In this document: positions 28,993 through 37,195 of the stretch, one piece after another
Numbering within the stretch: the first letter of the stretch is position 1
Layout: each line of letters opens with the position of its first letter
Assembly: GCA_964387655.1 (NCBI GenBank)
Contig: CAYLYV010000003.1
Span: forward strand, 9,409 to 73,408
Reading direction: 5' to 3'
DNA length: 64,000 bases
Source: an uncultured Cypionkella sp.
GTDB taxonomy: Bacteria; Pseudomonadota; Alphaproteobacteria; Rhodobacterales; Rhodobacteraceae
The notes under the pieces: model-generated
Told to the model about the DNA's origin: nothing
The model's database searches: none
The model's input: only the letters and a program-made list of their open reading frames with translations
Program-made: the position numbers and the translations under genes

Positions 28993-29283
28993 ATGAGCCA
29001 GATCCGCTTTACCGACCAGATGATCGAGATTGATGCCACACTCATCGCCCGCGGCCTGCGCATGGACCCCGACGCCTTGCGCGAAGCGATGCAGAAAGGT
29101 CTGGTGACCCGCATTGTGGAGAAAGGCGAGGGCACCGATGCCGGGCGTTTCCGGGTGACGTTCTACTCGCCGACCTGTCGTTTACGGCTTTTGTTCAATG
29201 CCGAAGGCACCCTTCTGCAAACCTCGTCAGCAGATTACAGCCGCAAACAGCGTCCCGTGCCCGCAACGGATGTCAGCTTGTGA
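28993..29283 (+). CDS. small conserved hypothetical protein coupled to nnrS
   Basis: 96 aa with normal composition. The ATG is 1 nt after the nnrS stop. Family not assignable by eye. Confidence 0.5.
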   Translation: MSQIRFTDQMIEIDATLIARGLRMDPDALREAMQKGLVTRIVEKGEGTDAGRFRVTFYSPTCRLRLLFNAEGTLLQTSSADYSRKQRPVPATDVSL

Positions 29284-29968
29284 CCCCGCTCAGCAACACC
29301 AGTTGATGCGGAGCTGTTACAGTGATCTTCTTGCGTTGGCTGGCCACGATGCCGTCTTTTTCCCAAGCGCTCAGCAGGCGGCTTACGGTGTGCAGGGTGG
29401 ATCCTGTCATGTCCGAGATGTTCTGGCGGGTGATCGGAAAGTCGATCTCGATGCCATGTTCAACCTTGCGCCCCATCTGGGTGATCAGCCGCAGCAACGC
29501 CGCCGCGATGCGCTGTTCTACCTGTTTGGTCGCCATCTCGACGATGACACTGTGCATATCGGCCATACGCTCGCCCACGACGGCATAGGTCTGGGTCGCA
29601 AAGCCAGTATAGTTTGCGATGAACTCGGGCCAAAGTCGATTGGGCCAGGCCAGCACAATGCAATCACCCGCAGCCATAGCGGTGGCAGGATAGGCCTTGT
29701 GACCCAAGGCCGCACCGATGCCAAACAACTGACCGGGGGCGATGTGCAACAGGATGATCTGATCGCCCTGCGCCGTGATGCGCTGCACGCGAATATGCCC
29801 ATCCAGCAGCAGAAAAAACCGATCGACCGGCATACCCTCGGAAAAGATCGCTTGGCCTGCATCAAACCGTGCGGTCTGGGCGGCATCCAGAATCTCGCGG
29901 ATTTGTGGGCGGGTCAGGCCGCGAAAAGGCGGCAGATTGGTCAGCAGACTTTCATCCAGTTTTTTCAC
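29273..29968 (-). CDS. nnrR: Crp/Fnr-family NO-responsive regulator, NnrR type
   Basis: cNMP-binding-like fold and C-terminal HTH TRQNISDMTGSTLHTVSRLL. No N-terminal Cys cluster, so not FnrL-type. GTG start at 29968 is preferred over the track's TTG at 29998. Confidence 0.8.
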   Translation of the reverse strand: MKKLDESLLTNLPPFRGLTRPQIREILDAAQTARFDAGQAIFSEGMPVDRFFLLLDGHIRVQRITAQGDQIILLHIAPGQLFGIGAALGHKAYPATAMAAGDCIVLAWPNRLWPEFIANYTGFATQTYAVVGERMADMHSVIVEMATKQVEQRIAAALLRLITQMGRKVEHGIEIDFPITRQNISDMTGSTLHTVSRLLSAWEKDGIVASQRKKITVTAPHQLVLLSGVTS

Positions 29969-29984
29969 GTCGCAGCCTTTGAGG

Positions 29985-29998
29985 TTGTGGCAGCGCAA
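29985..29998. promoter_or_regulatory. NnrR/FNR-type box TTGTGGCAGCGCAA
   Basis: TTG-N8-CAA dyad centred about 70 nt upstream of the pseudoazurin ATG and immediately upstream of nnrR. Confidence 0.6.
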
Positions 29999-30061
29999 AG
30001 AGCCGCTTTGATCAATGCCCTAAAACACGGTCAGACCCAATCAACCCCGAAAGGATAACCT

Positions 30062-30496
30062 ATGTTTTCGAAACTGACCATCGCCACTGCTGCTCTGATG
30101 CTGTTGGCGAACTCTGCCCTTGCTGAAACCTTCGAAGTCAAAATGCTGAACAAAGGTGCTGATGGCGCGATGGTGTTCGAGCCTGCTTTCGTCAAAGCCG
30201 CCGTTGGCGACACAATCAATTTTATCTCCCCCGACAAAGGTCACAATGTTGAGGCGATCGAGGGCATGTTGCCTGAAGGGGTTGAGGCGTTCAAAAGCAA
30301 GATGAGCGAAGACTTCACGCTGACGCTCAGCGCCGAAGGGCTGTATGGTGTCAAATGCACGCCGCACTATGCCATGGGCATGGTTGGGTTGATCCAAGTC
30401 GGTGCTCCGGTCAATCTGGATGCGGCGGTGGCAGTGGTCCAGAAGGGCAAAGCGAAGTCACGCTTTGAACCGCTGTTCGCGCAAGTCGCCAAGTAG
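30062..30496 (+). CDS. paz: pseudoazurin (type 1 copper electron donor to NirK)
   Basis: Signal peptide, then [20 protein letters not shown]. Copper ligands in GHNV and CTPHYAMGM. Confidence 0.9.
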   Translation: MFSKLTIATAALMLLANSALAETFEVKMLNKGADGAMVFEPAFVKAAVGDTINFISPDKGHNVEAIEGMLPEGVEAFKSKMSEDFTLTLSAEGLYGVKCTPHYAMGMVGLIQVGAPVNLDAAVAVVQKGKAKSRFEPLFAQVAK

Positions 30497-30511
30497 GTAG
30501 CGATCCAACAT

Positions 30512-30548
30512 AAAAAGGGGCGGCCAGATGATCTGGCCGCCCCTTTTT
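30512..30548. terminator. bidirectional rho-independent terminator (paz / nirV)
   Basis: AAAAA-GGGGCGGCCAGAT-g-ATCTGGCCGCCCC-TTTTT, a perfect 13-bp stem flanked by A5 and T5. Confidence 0.85.
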
Positions 30549-30564
30549 ATTGGCCGTGCGGGAA

Positions 30565-31389
30565 TCACGAGAGGCTTCGCACCAGTCGGAAGCCGAGATA
30601 GTCTGGGGGAACACCGGCAGCACACCCGCCTGAACGGGCATCGCGGACAAAGTCGATAATAAAGCCGCGATGCTTGCCTTGCACCGCGCGCACGCCGCAA
30701 TAATCAGTGCGACTTTCGATCACGGATCCATCGGCGGCAACGGTGCCGTTCTGAAAACAACTATTGGTCCATTCCCACACATTGCCCGCAATATCGGCCA
30801 CGCCCACATCGTTCATCCCGAAATAACCCTGCGTGTGCACCGTAAGATCAGCCTCGCCACGCCGTTCAACCTCGCGCCGATAAGAAGCAATCCAGCGGCG
30901 CGACGGGTCCGCTCCGTTGGCATCGGCAGAAAAGCCGTCGTCGAATGCGCGCTCGCCCGCCAGCCGCAGCCATTCTGCATCTGTTGGTAACCGCCATGCA
31001 CCCCCCGTTTGCACCGAAAACCAGCGTGCATAGGCAGAAGCGTCACTGTAGTTTACGTTTGTCTGCGGCATGTCCCCACGATTGGCGGAAGGTGCGTCCT
31101 GACAGGCTTTGGCCGCGACGCACCGGGCGTAATCGGCTTCGCTGACGTGGTATTTCATCACCTCTATGGCCGCAGCCTTGATGGTCTGTATCGGAGCATC
31201 AACAACCCGCGTGCCTTGCCGAAATTCACCAGCGGGGCGATATCTTTGTGTTCCGGCCTGCAACCGCACGACCGCAGGCAAAAGTCGATCTGGTTTGTTT
31301 GACCAAAACAGTGCCGCCCCACCGAATATCGCCGCGACGAGAACGGCCGCAGCGGTTCCAACTGCGATATAACCCATGCGTTGTGCCAT
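30565..31389 (-). CDS. nirV: NirV, formylglycine-generating-enzyme (SUMF1)-like protein
   Basis: Start at MAQRMGY (31389). N-terminal TM, then the FGE-sulfatase-like region (AYARWFS, RLPTDAEW, GNVWEWT, GFRLVR). Lies directly downstream of nirK. Confidence 0.8.
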   Translation of the reverse strand: MAQRMGYIAVGTAAAVLVAAIFGGAALFWSNKPDRLLPAVVRLQAGTQRYRPAGEFRQGTRVVDAPIQTIKAAAIEVMKYHVSEADYARCVAAKACQDAPSANRGDMPQTNVNYSDASAYARWFSVQTGGAWRLPTDAEWLRLAGERAFDDGFSADANGADPSRRWIASYRREVERRGEADLTVHTQGYFGMNDVGVADIAGNVWEWTNSCFQNGTVAADGSVIESRTDYCGVRAVQGKHRGFIIDFVRDARSGGCAAGVPPDYLGFRLVRSLS

Positions 31390-31456
31390 TGCCGGCCCCC
31401 ATTCATGACAACGGCAGCCCTCGCAAGGGCTGCCGTTCTGCTTCAGGCAGTTTGCT

Positions 31457-32608
31457 TTACGGCAAGGCCGTGCGGCCCTCGTGCGCCACGTCATATTCCA
31501 CCGGGGCCACAACTTGCTGCATCAGATCGTTGTTCCAGTCACCCCCCACCACAACATGCGCCGTGGCCCCAAGGTTCACCGCTTCGATCAGGTTGTGGTT
31601 GACATACGCGTAGACGCCGGGCTGCAGGAACTTGTAGAGCGCAGCCCCAGCAGAGCCGCCCCGGATGAACCACGTCTCCAGATCACGCTCGGGCGGGTTG
31701 TTGAACTTGCCGGTGTCCCAGACCAGATCGCCATGTCCGCCGATCAGATGCGGGCGGCTATCACGGTTGGCTTGGCTGTGAACGAACAGCACGGTCTCGC
31801 CCTGTTCGGCGGTCAGAGCGTTGTCGCCTGTCAGCGCGCCAACTTTGCCGTTGAACACCACATGCGTCGGGATCAAGCCGTCCATCACTGCCAGCGTGTC
31901 AGAATAGCTTTCCCCAGCATCGGCATAGCGTTTGTAGGCGCCGTCCTCGCCACGCGGGATATAGAAGTCGTTCTCACCGATGTAGTACACGCGGTCATAG
32001 CTGACGGGTTGGCCGAGGTGGTCCTTCAGCCCATCCCGCGGCAGCACCATGATGCAGCCCGACATGCCCGAAACCACGTGCCAAGGGATCATCGGGCCTC
32101 CTGGGGCGCAGTGATAGACAAACACGCCCGGTCGCGTGGCTTTAAACCGCAGCACGGTCTTTTCGCCGGGATTCACCAGCGTCAATGCCCCACCGCCAAG
32201 CGCCCCGGTCGCGGCGTGAAAGTCGATATTGTGTTGCAACATGTTCTCGGGCGGGTTGAAAAGCGTCAGTTCAACATAATCGCCCTCATGCACCACCATC
32301 ATCGGTCCGGGGGTGGAGCCGTTGAAGGTAAAGGCCTGCAACCAAGCATCTTCGTCGACCTGCACCTCTTTCTCGATGACCTTCATCTCAAATTCGATGA
32401 TCTGCGGCTCGGTCGTGGCGACCTGCTCATGCGCATGCACGAAAGGCGGCGCAACCAGTTTGACCTTGCGCCGGGTCAGAGTGGAAAGATCCACCGGTTC
32501 TGCACCACCATTTGCTGCAACCTCTTGCGCACCGGCGGTTTTGATCACTAAGGGGGCGGCAGCAGCGAAAGCTGCCCCCATCAGGGCTGCGCGTCTGGTG
32601 AACATCAT
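31457..32608 (-). CDS. nirK: copper-containing nitrite reductase NirK
   Basis: Start at MMFTRRAAL (Tat-like signal) behind [21 protein letters not shown] and [18 protein letters not shown] copper-ligand motifs. Confidence 0.9.
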   Translation of the reverse strand: MMFTRRAALMGAAFAAAAPLVIKTAGAQEVAANGGAEPVDLSTLTRRKVKLVAPPFVHAHEQVATTEPQIIEFEMKVIEKEVQVDEDAWLQAFTFNGSTPGPMMVVHEGDYVELTLFNPPENMLQHNIDFHAATGALGGGALTLVNPGEKTVLRFKATRPGVFVYHCAPGGPMIPWHVVSGMSGCIMVLPRDGLKDHLGQPVSYDRVYYIGENDFYIPRGEDGAYKRYADAGESYSDTLAVMDGLIPTHVVFNGKVGALTGDNALTAEQGETVLFVHSQANRDSRPHLIGGHGDLVWDTGKFNNPPERDLETWFIRGGSAGAALYKFLQPGVYAYVNHNLIEAVNLGATAHVVVGGDWNNDLMQQVVAPVEYDVAHEGRTALP

Positions 32609-32667
32609 TCTCTCCTTGTTCGAACCTGCGGTTTCCCGGACTTTGGACTTCCGCTCGGACAGGTTCG

Positions 32668-32681
32668 TTGTTCCCGCACAA
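32668..32681. promoter_or_regulatory. NnrR/FNR-type box TTGTTCCCGCACAA
   Basis: TTG-N8-CAA dyad centred about 66 nt upstream of the nirK ATG. Same CGTTGT left arm as the norC box. Confidence 0.65.
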
Positions 32682-32833
32682 CAACCGCGGGGAAACAAAG
32701 CTAAGTCCTACCGAAAGGCCACATCTCCAGTCTGCGATCGCCCTCGGATTGACCACAGCAACTATCCCCAAACAAAAGCTTATGGTTGCCGCGTCGCACC
32801 AGCATGCTGCCTTCTTTGAGTCTCGATCAAAAC

Positions 32834-33380
32834 TGAACCGCCCCGGGATTGTCGGAGGCTCCAACTTCTGGAGGATGGAGCATCATGAGCACGACAACGA
32901 ACAAGTTTTCCCCTGAAGTGGGCGAACGCGCTGTGCGGCTTGTCCTCAAGAACGAGGGTCAGGACGGATCGCGTTGGCAGGCCATCATGTCGATCGCTAC
33001 GAAGATCGGCTGTTCGGCCCATACCTTGAACGAATGGGGCAAGAAGACCGAGGTCGACAGCGGTAAGCGGGCGGGCATCCCGGCCGAGATGGCCGAGAAG
33101 ATGAAGGCGCTGGAGCGGGAGAACCGCGAACTGCGGCAGGCGAACGAGATCCTGCGGGTCTTCGAGGAGAACTAGCGGGTTTATGGCGTCCGGAAGGTCT
33201 GACTGCAGTTGCGTCGCGAGGGCTTCGACGTTGCCCGTTGCATGGTGGCCAGGCTGATGAATACCATGGGTATTTAGGGTATTATTCGGGAAAGCCTCAG
33301 AAGACGACGATCCAAGACAAGAAGCGTCCATACCCGCTGGGCAAGGTGAACCGCCAGTTCCGCGTGCCCGCGCCAAACAT
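32834..33380 (+). mobile_element. IS3-family element remnant (left IR, orfA, internally deleted and truncated orfB)
   Basis: Left end TGAACCGCCCCGGG. orfA MSTTTNKFSPEV...[15 protein letters not shown] (32849..33175). Then only the orfB pieces RVYGVRKV.LQLRREGFDVARCMVARLM and ...DKKRPYPLGKVNRQFRVPAPN, with stops. No DDE core. Confidence 0.7.
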
Positions 33381-33434
33381 GGTTTCGGAGAGATGCAGCA
33401 CACACAAGCAAGATTTTTGTGGAATTCACATTTA

Positions 33435-34275
33435 GGCTCTGGACTCATAGATCATATCCAGAAGATGACGATGGCTGCTATAGCGATGGCGGACAAGAAG
33501 GTGTGTGCGCAGCGGTCGTAGCGGGTGTGGATACGTCGCCAGTCCTTGATTTTGCCGAACATGTTCTCGATCTTGTGGCGCTTGCGGTAGAGTCCTTTGT
33601 CATGTGGAATCTGGATTTTCCTGTTTGATTTTGGTGGGATGCAGACCTCGACGTCGCGCTCGGCAAAGGCATCGCGGAACCAGTCGGCGTCATAGCCCTT
33701 GTCCGCCAACAGCACCTTCGCCGGGGGCAATGTCGACAGCAGAGCTGCAGCCCCGATGTAGTCGCTGACTTGGCCTGCGGTCAGAAACAGGCTGCGGGGC
33801 CGACCCTCGCTGTCGCAGACCGCGTGCAGTTTCGAATTCAATCCGCCTTTGTGCGTCCGATAAACCGGGGAAGAGCCCCTTTTTGAGCTGGCTGGCCGCT
33901 GTCCGGTGCGCCTTGAGGTGCGTGGCATCGATCATGATTTCCTCGGTGTCGCCACCGCCCTTGGCAAGCTCGACGAAGATCCTCCCGAACACGCCCATTT
34001 CACTCCAGCGGATGAAGCGGTTGTAGATTGTCTTGTGAGGTCCGTAGCTTGCGGGCACGTCACGCCATCTCAGGCCATTACGGATAACGAAGATGATGCC
34101 GCTGATAACCCTGCGATCATCGACGCGCGGCACCCCATGTGAGTGCGGAAAGAACGGCGAAATCCGCGCCATCTGGGCCTCGGATAACAGGATCATCTCG
34201 GTCATGGCCCCCCTTGGGGCAACCAGTGAAGCAGTGAGTTGACGAACCCATAAGCAAATTAATGGACCCAGAGCC
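33435..34275 (-). mobile_element. intact IS5-family (IS427-group-like) insertion sequence, 841 bp, flanked by a TA duplication
   Basis: Terminal inverted repeats GGCTCTGGACTCAT / GGCTCTGGGTCCAT. TA on both flanks (33433-34, 34276-77). Two overlapping transposase frames. Confidence 0.8.
33452..34205 (-). CDS. IS5/IS427-group transposase, orfA (33690..34205) and orfB (33452..33928), joined by a putative -1 frameshift
   Basis: orfA ...RNGLRWRDVP..YNRFIRW. orfB ...KGGLNSKLHAVCD..LLADKGYDADWFR..RHKIENMFGKIKDWRRI (DDE). Slippery CTC AAA AAG at 33879..33885 (minus strand). Confidence 0.8.
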
Positions 34276-34788
34276 TAGATAGCACCACGGCAGGTGCAAG
34301 AACCCCAGCCTGTCGCAGTTAATTCATGAAGCATCATAATGTCCGGGTAGCCTTCGGCCCGAGCGAGAACATGCTTGTCGACGCTTGTTTGAAATCACCT
34401 GCTCTCGGCCATCCTGCGCCCATAACGAACTCCTCGGAAGCGGATCAGCACATTGCTCATTAAGAGTCAGATGAGTGGTCTACTTTTACTGCACTGTATT
34501 TTGGCGAACAATCCAAACAGCATTCATCTTGTCGTCATTTTGTGTGACAGCGCGGCATCGACTGTTTAGCGCAAATTAACCAAAGTTTGCCAGTTCAGCG
34601 CAAATGAATGCTTCGCTAAACAAAAAAGCCGAAATAAGAATAGGGCTCGAAGCGGGACGCAACGTCTTTAGGCAAAGCAATCCAATTTCCATCGTGCGGC
34701 ACTGTCGAGAGGGGCGGATCAACTGGACCAGATTGGGCGACCCACCGATGGCATTAGACCGCAACTGGATGGGTTACGGGCGCTTGCA

Positions 34789-35763
34789 ATGGTCGGTGTG
34801 CTGTACGTGCATTTTTGGAACAATGCGCCAGTCACCGAGCATGCTAGGGTGACGCTGTTTCTGGTGATTTCGGGGTTTTTGATCACCCATATCTTGATGA
34901 CGGCCAAAGCGCGCGGTGGCGCGTTGGTGGTGCGAAATTTCTACCTGCGCCGGGCATTACGGTTATTCCCGGCTTTGCTGATCACCTTTGCAGTGGCGTG
35001 GAGTTTGGACGCGGATGGCTTTCGCGCAAGTGCGGGCTGGCATCTTCTGCCGACTTCAAACCTCTATTTCTCGATGAACCAAACGACCCGGCCATGGGTG
35101 GTGGGGCATTTGTGGAGCCTTAATCTGCTTGAGCAGTTCTACGTGCTCTGGCCATTGGTGATCTTGTTCCTAAGTGAAAAGACGTTGCATGTCATTGTGG
35201 TGCTGGGGATCGCCGCCCTTGTCTTCGTGCGCAGCAATGCGGCGATGTTGGGGGTGGACGGCTGGTGGCTGTTCTTCGTTTTTTCGTTTGATCCGATTTT
35301 GATGGGCGCTCTGGCTTATCTGCTGCAACACCATCCCCCAGCACGCGCGGTGCTGACGGGGCGATTTATGATTGGTCTGGCGATGATGGTGCTCGTATCA
35401 CCGCTGTTGGCCTGGGAGGGATTTGGCCATTCTGAGAGCTATCACTTCTTCGCCCAACCCGCTTTGGCGGTTTTGGTGCTGGGCGCCTACCAAGGCTATA
35501 GCGGGCCGGCAGGGTGGCTGTTACAATCGCCGCCTGCACGGTTTCTGGCGCAAATTTCCTATGGGGTTTACGTCTATCACCTGTTGGTTTGGTATGCCGT
35601 CGTGCAGGTCTACCCGAGCCTATTCATCAAAGGGCCGCTGACCTTCGCAGTGATGACCGCGCTCACAATTTGCGCGGCGACGGTGTCTTGGTATGTGGTC
35701 GAGGCCCCAATCGGGCGGCTGAAACGGCACTTTCCCGTCAGGCGGCCGGATCAACCAGCGTAA
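34789..35763 (+). CDS. acyltransferase family 3 (OafA/YrhL-like polysaccharide O-acyltransferase), 5' end possibly damaged
   Basis: About 10 TM segments, VLYVHFWN...FLVISGFLIT. The conserved N-terminal LDGLRALA motif lies upstream of the first ATG, in a frame with no ATG/GTG/TTG back to the TAG at about 34672. Confidence 0.7.
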   Translation: MVGVLYVHFWNNAPVTEHARVTLFLVISGFLITHILMTAKARGGALVVRNFYLRRALRLFPALLITFAVAWSLDADGFRASAGWHLLPTSNLYFSMNQTTRPWVVGHLWSLNLLEQFYVLWPLVILFLSEKTLHVIVVLGIAALVFVRSNAAMLGVDGWWLFFVFSFDPILMGALAYLLQHHPPARAVLTGRFMIGLAMMVLVSPLLAWEGFGHSESYHFFAQPALAVLVLGAYQGYSGPAGWLLQSPPARFLAQISYGVYVYHLLVWYAVVQVYPSLFIKGPLTFAVMTALTICAATVSWYVVEAPIGRLKRHFPVRRPDQPA

Positions 35764-36062
35764 CAACGCGAGCGTTGGCCGAAGCCTGCGGGCGAACAGA
35801 TCCAACTGCCTTGACCGGTGATGACGCGATAGCGCTTCTGTGCAGCCCTGGATTTGATCGCGGAGGCTGCAGGAGCCCCATTTGCCAACCAGTTAAACGC
35901 CACGGCCTGCGGCTTAAGCAGTTTCGCTGGGCGCGGTGCGACGATGTAGGGCGCTGGCGATAATAGCTTGGTGCCGATCACAGCTTCGGAACTGCCCGTG
36001 ACAGGAAAAATCATCAGGCAAGCGGTTAAGGCCAAAGCGGCAAAGCGATGGGGCGCGGTCAT
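35751..36062 (-). CDS. small exported hypothetical protein
   Basis: 103 aa. Signal peptide MTAPHRFAALALTACLMIFPVTGSSEA and C-terminal Cys pair WICSPAGFGQRSRC. Confidence 0.45.
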   Translation of the reverse strand: MTAPHRFAALALTACLMIFPVTGSSEAVIGTKLLSPAPYIVAPRPAKLLKPQAVAFNWLANGAPAASAIKSRAAQKRYRVITGQGSWICSPAGFGQRSRCYAG

Positions 36063-36196
36063 AAAGCTCTCCTTGCGTCGCTCCGGCAGTGTGTGGAGCT
36101 ACAAAAGAAGGATTAAGACCGTCAACTGCGGCGACAGTTTGGGCGGATCGGGGCTATTTTGCGGCACTTCCAAATAGAATATGGCGCATTTGAATA

Positions 36197-36220
36197 GGGC
36201 CGCCCTTCAAGGGGCGGCCC
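36197..36220 (-). terminator. hairpin after the GH26-like gene (weak terminator)
   Basis: GGGCCGCCC-ttcaag-GGGCGGCCC, a perfect 9-bp GC stem. Only a weak U tract on the minus strand. Confidence 0.4.
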
Positions 36221-36280
36221 AGATTAGCAATATTCTAGAATGGCTTGCGATCAGATCACCAGCCGTTTTCGCCTGTGGCT

Positions 36281-37150
36281 TTATGGCGTGACGCGATGGC
36301 CCAAACGCCAATCGGGTTGTGGGAAGTCGTTTGGCCAAGGGTAAACCTCTTGCTGGTCAAAATAGACCGCCCCCACCAGCAGCGGCATGTCTGGACGCGC
36401 GGCGCGCACCTCATTTTCCCAACTGGCGACGTATTCTGCGCTACCGGTATAGCCCAACTCGGCCACCACGATTGGCTTGCCGAAGCCTTTGACATTGTTG
36501 TAGCGCTCGGTCAGGGCTTCGGTATAGCTGCGAGCATGGCCTAGGATGGCCTTTTCCCAAGCCTCGTAGCCAAAGATCGAGACACCGACGAGATCGACAT
36601 AATCATCGCCCGGGTAGTAATCTTTGGCGTTTTCAAGTCCGACAGGCGACCAGACGACGTTGATTTTCGGTGCCTCTTTGCGGCAGATGTCAATCATGCG
36701 TTTGAATGAGGCGATGTAGTTTTCTGGCTTCCAAGCTGACCAGATGAACTGGCCATCTCTGGTTTCCATCTCATGGCCCCAGCGCACCGAAACCGGGCTT
36801 TGCAATGTGCCGATCACTTGGCAAATGCCACGCATGTTGCTGTCGTAATAGCCCTCAGTGATGCCATTGAACAGGAAGTCAGCTGTGTTCCGCTCGTCGC
36901 GGGTCCATGTCCACGGCTCGATCGTGACCAACAGCGCGCGTTTGCGTTCCAGCGCATATTGATCGGCCTGATACAGCGAGTCGAGCGTGACATCCTCCCA
37001 CGGCAGGAAGACATGCTCGATGGTCAGCTCGGTATCGGTGGTGAAGTCCCCCGCCGGGTCATAGGCTCCGAAAGGCAGTGGGCCGGGCGGGGCGGCAAAA
37101 GCGGGCGCAGCCAGAAAGGCCGCCAGTGCAAAAGCCTTGATCCGAGTCAT
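36281..37150 (-). CDS. secreted clan GH-A glycoside hydrolase, GH26-like (COG4124 mannanase/xylanase type)
   Basis: Start at MTRIKAF (37150) behind RBS AAGGAGA. Signal peptide ...APAFA. Acid/base context WGHEMETRDG and nucleophile context IVVAELGYTG. Confidence 0.65.
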   Translation of the reverse strand: MTRIKAFALAAFLAAPAFAAPPGPLPFGAYDPAGDFTTDTELTIEHVFLPWEDVTLDSLYQADQYALERKRALLVTIEPWTWTRDERNTADFLFNGITEGYYDSNMRGICQVIGTLQSPVSVRWGHEMETRDGQFIWSAWKPENYIASFKRMIDICRKEAPKINVVWSPVGLENAKDYYPGDDYVDLVGVSIFGYEAWEKAILGHARSYTEALTERYNNVKGFGKPIVVAELGYTGSAEYVASWENEVRAARPDMPLLVGAVYFDQQEVYPWPNDFPQPDWRLGHRVTP

Positions 37151-37195
37151 CGCGTTCTCCTTCTTTTGTCCACCGTCGTGGCGTGCCTTCATGGT

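Noticed and set aside
29969-29998. TTG start at 29998 for nnrR, as given by the ORF track (241 aa).
   Set aside because: That TTG is the left half-site of the NnrR box itself. The GTG at 29968 (VKKLDESLL...) gives a normal Crp/Fnr N-terminus and leaves the box in the promoter.
31481-32551. 356-aa ORF antisense to nirK.
   Set aside because: It fully overlaps a clearly recognisable nirK. The composition is dominated by R, H, G, D and V, with no motifs. This is a classic GC-rich shadow ORF.
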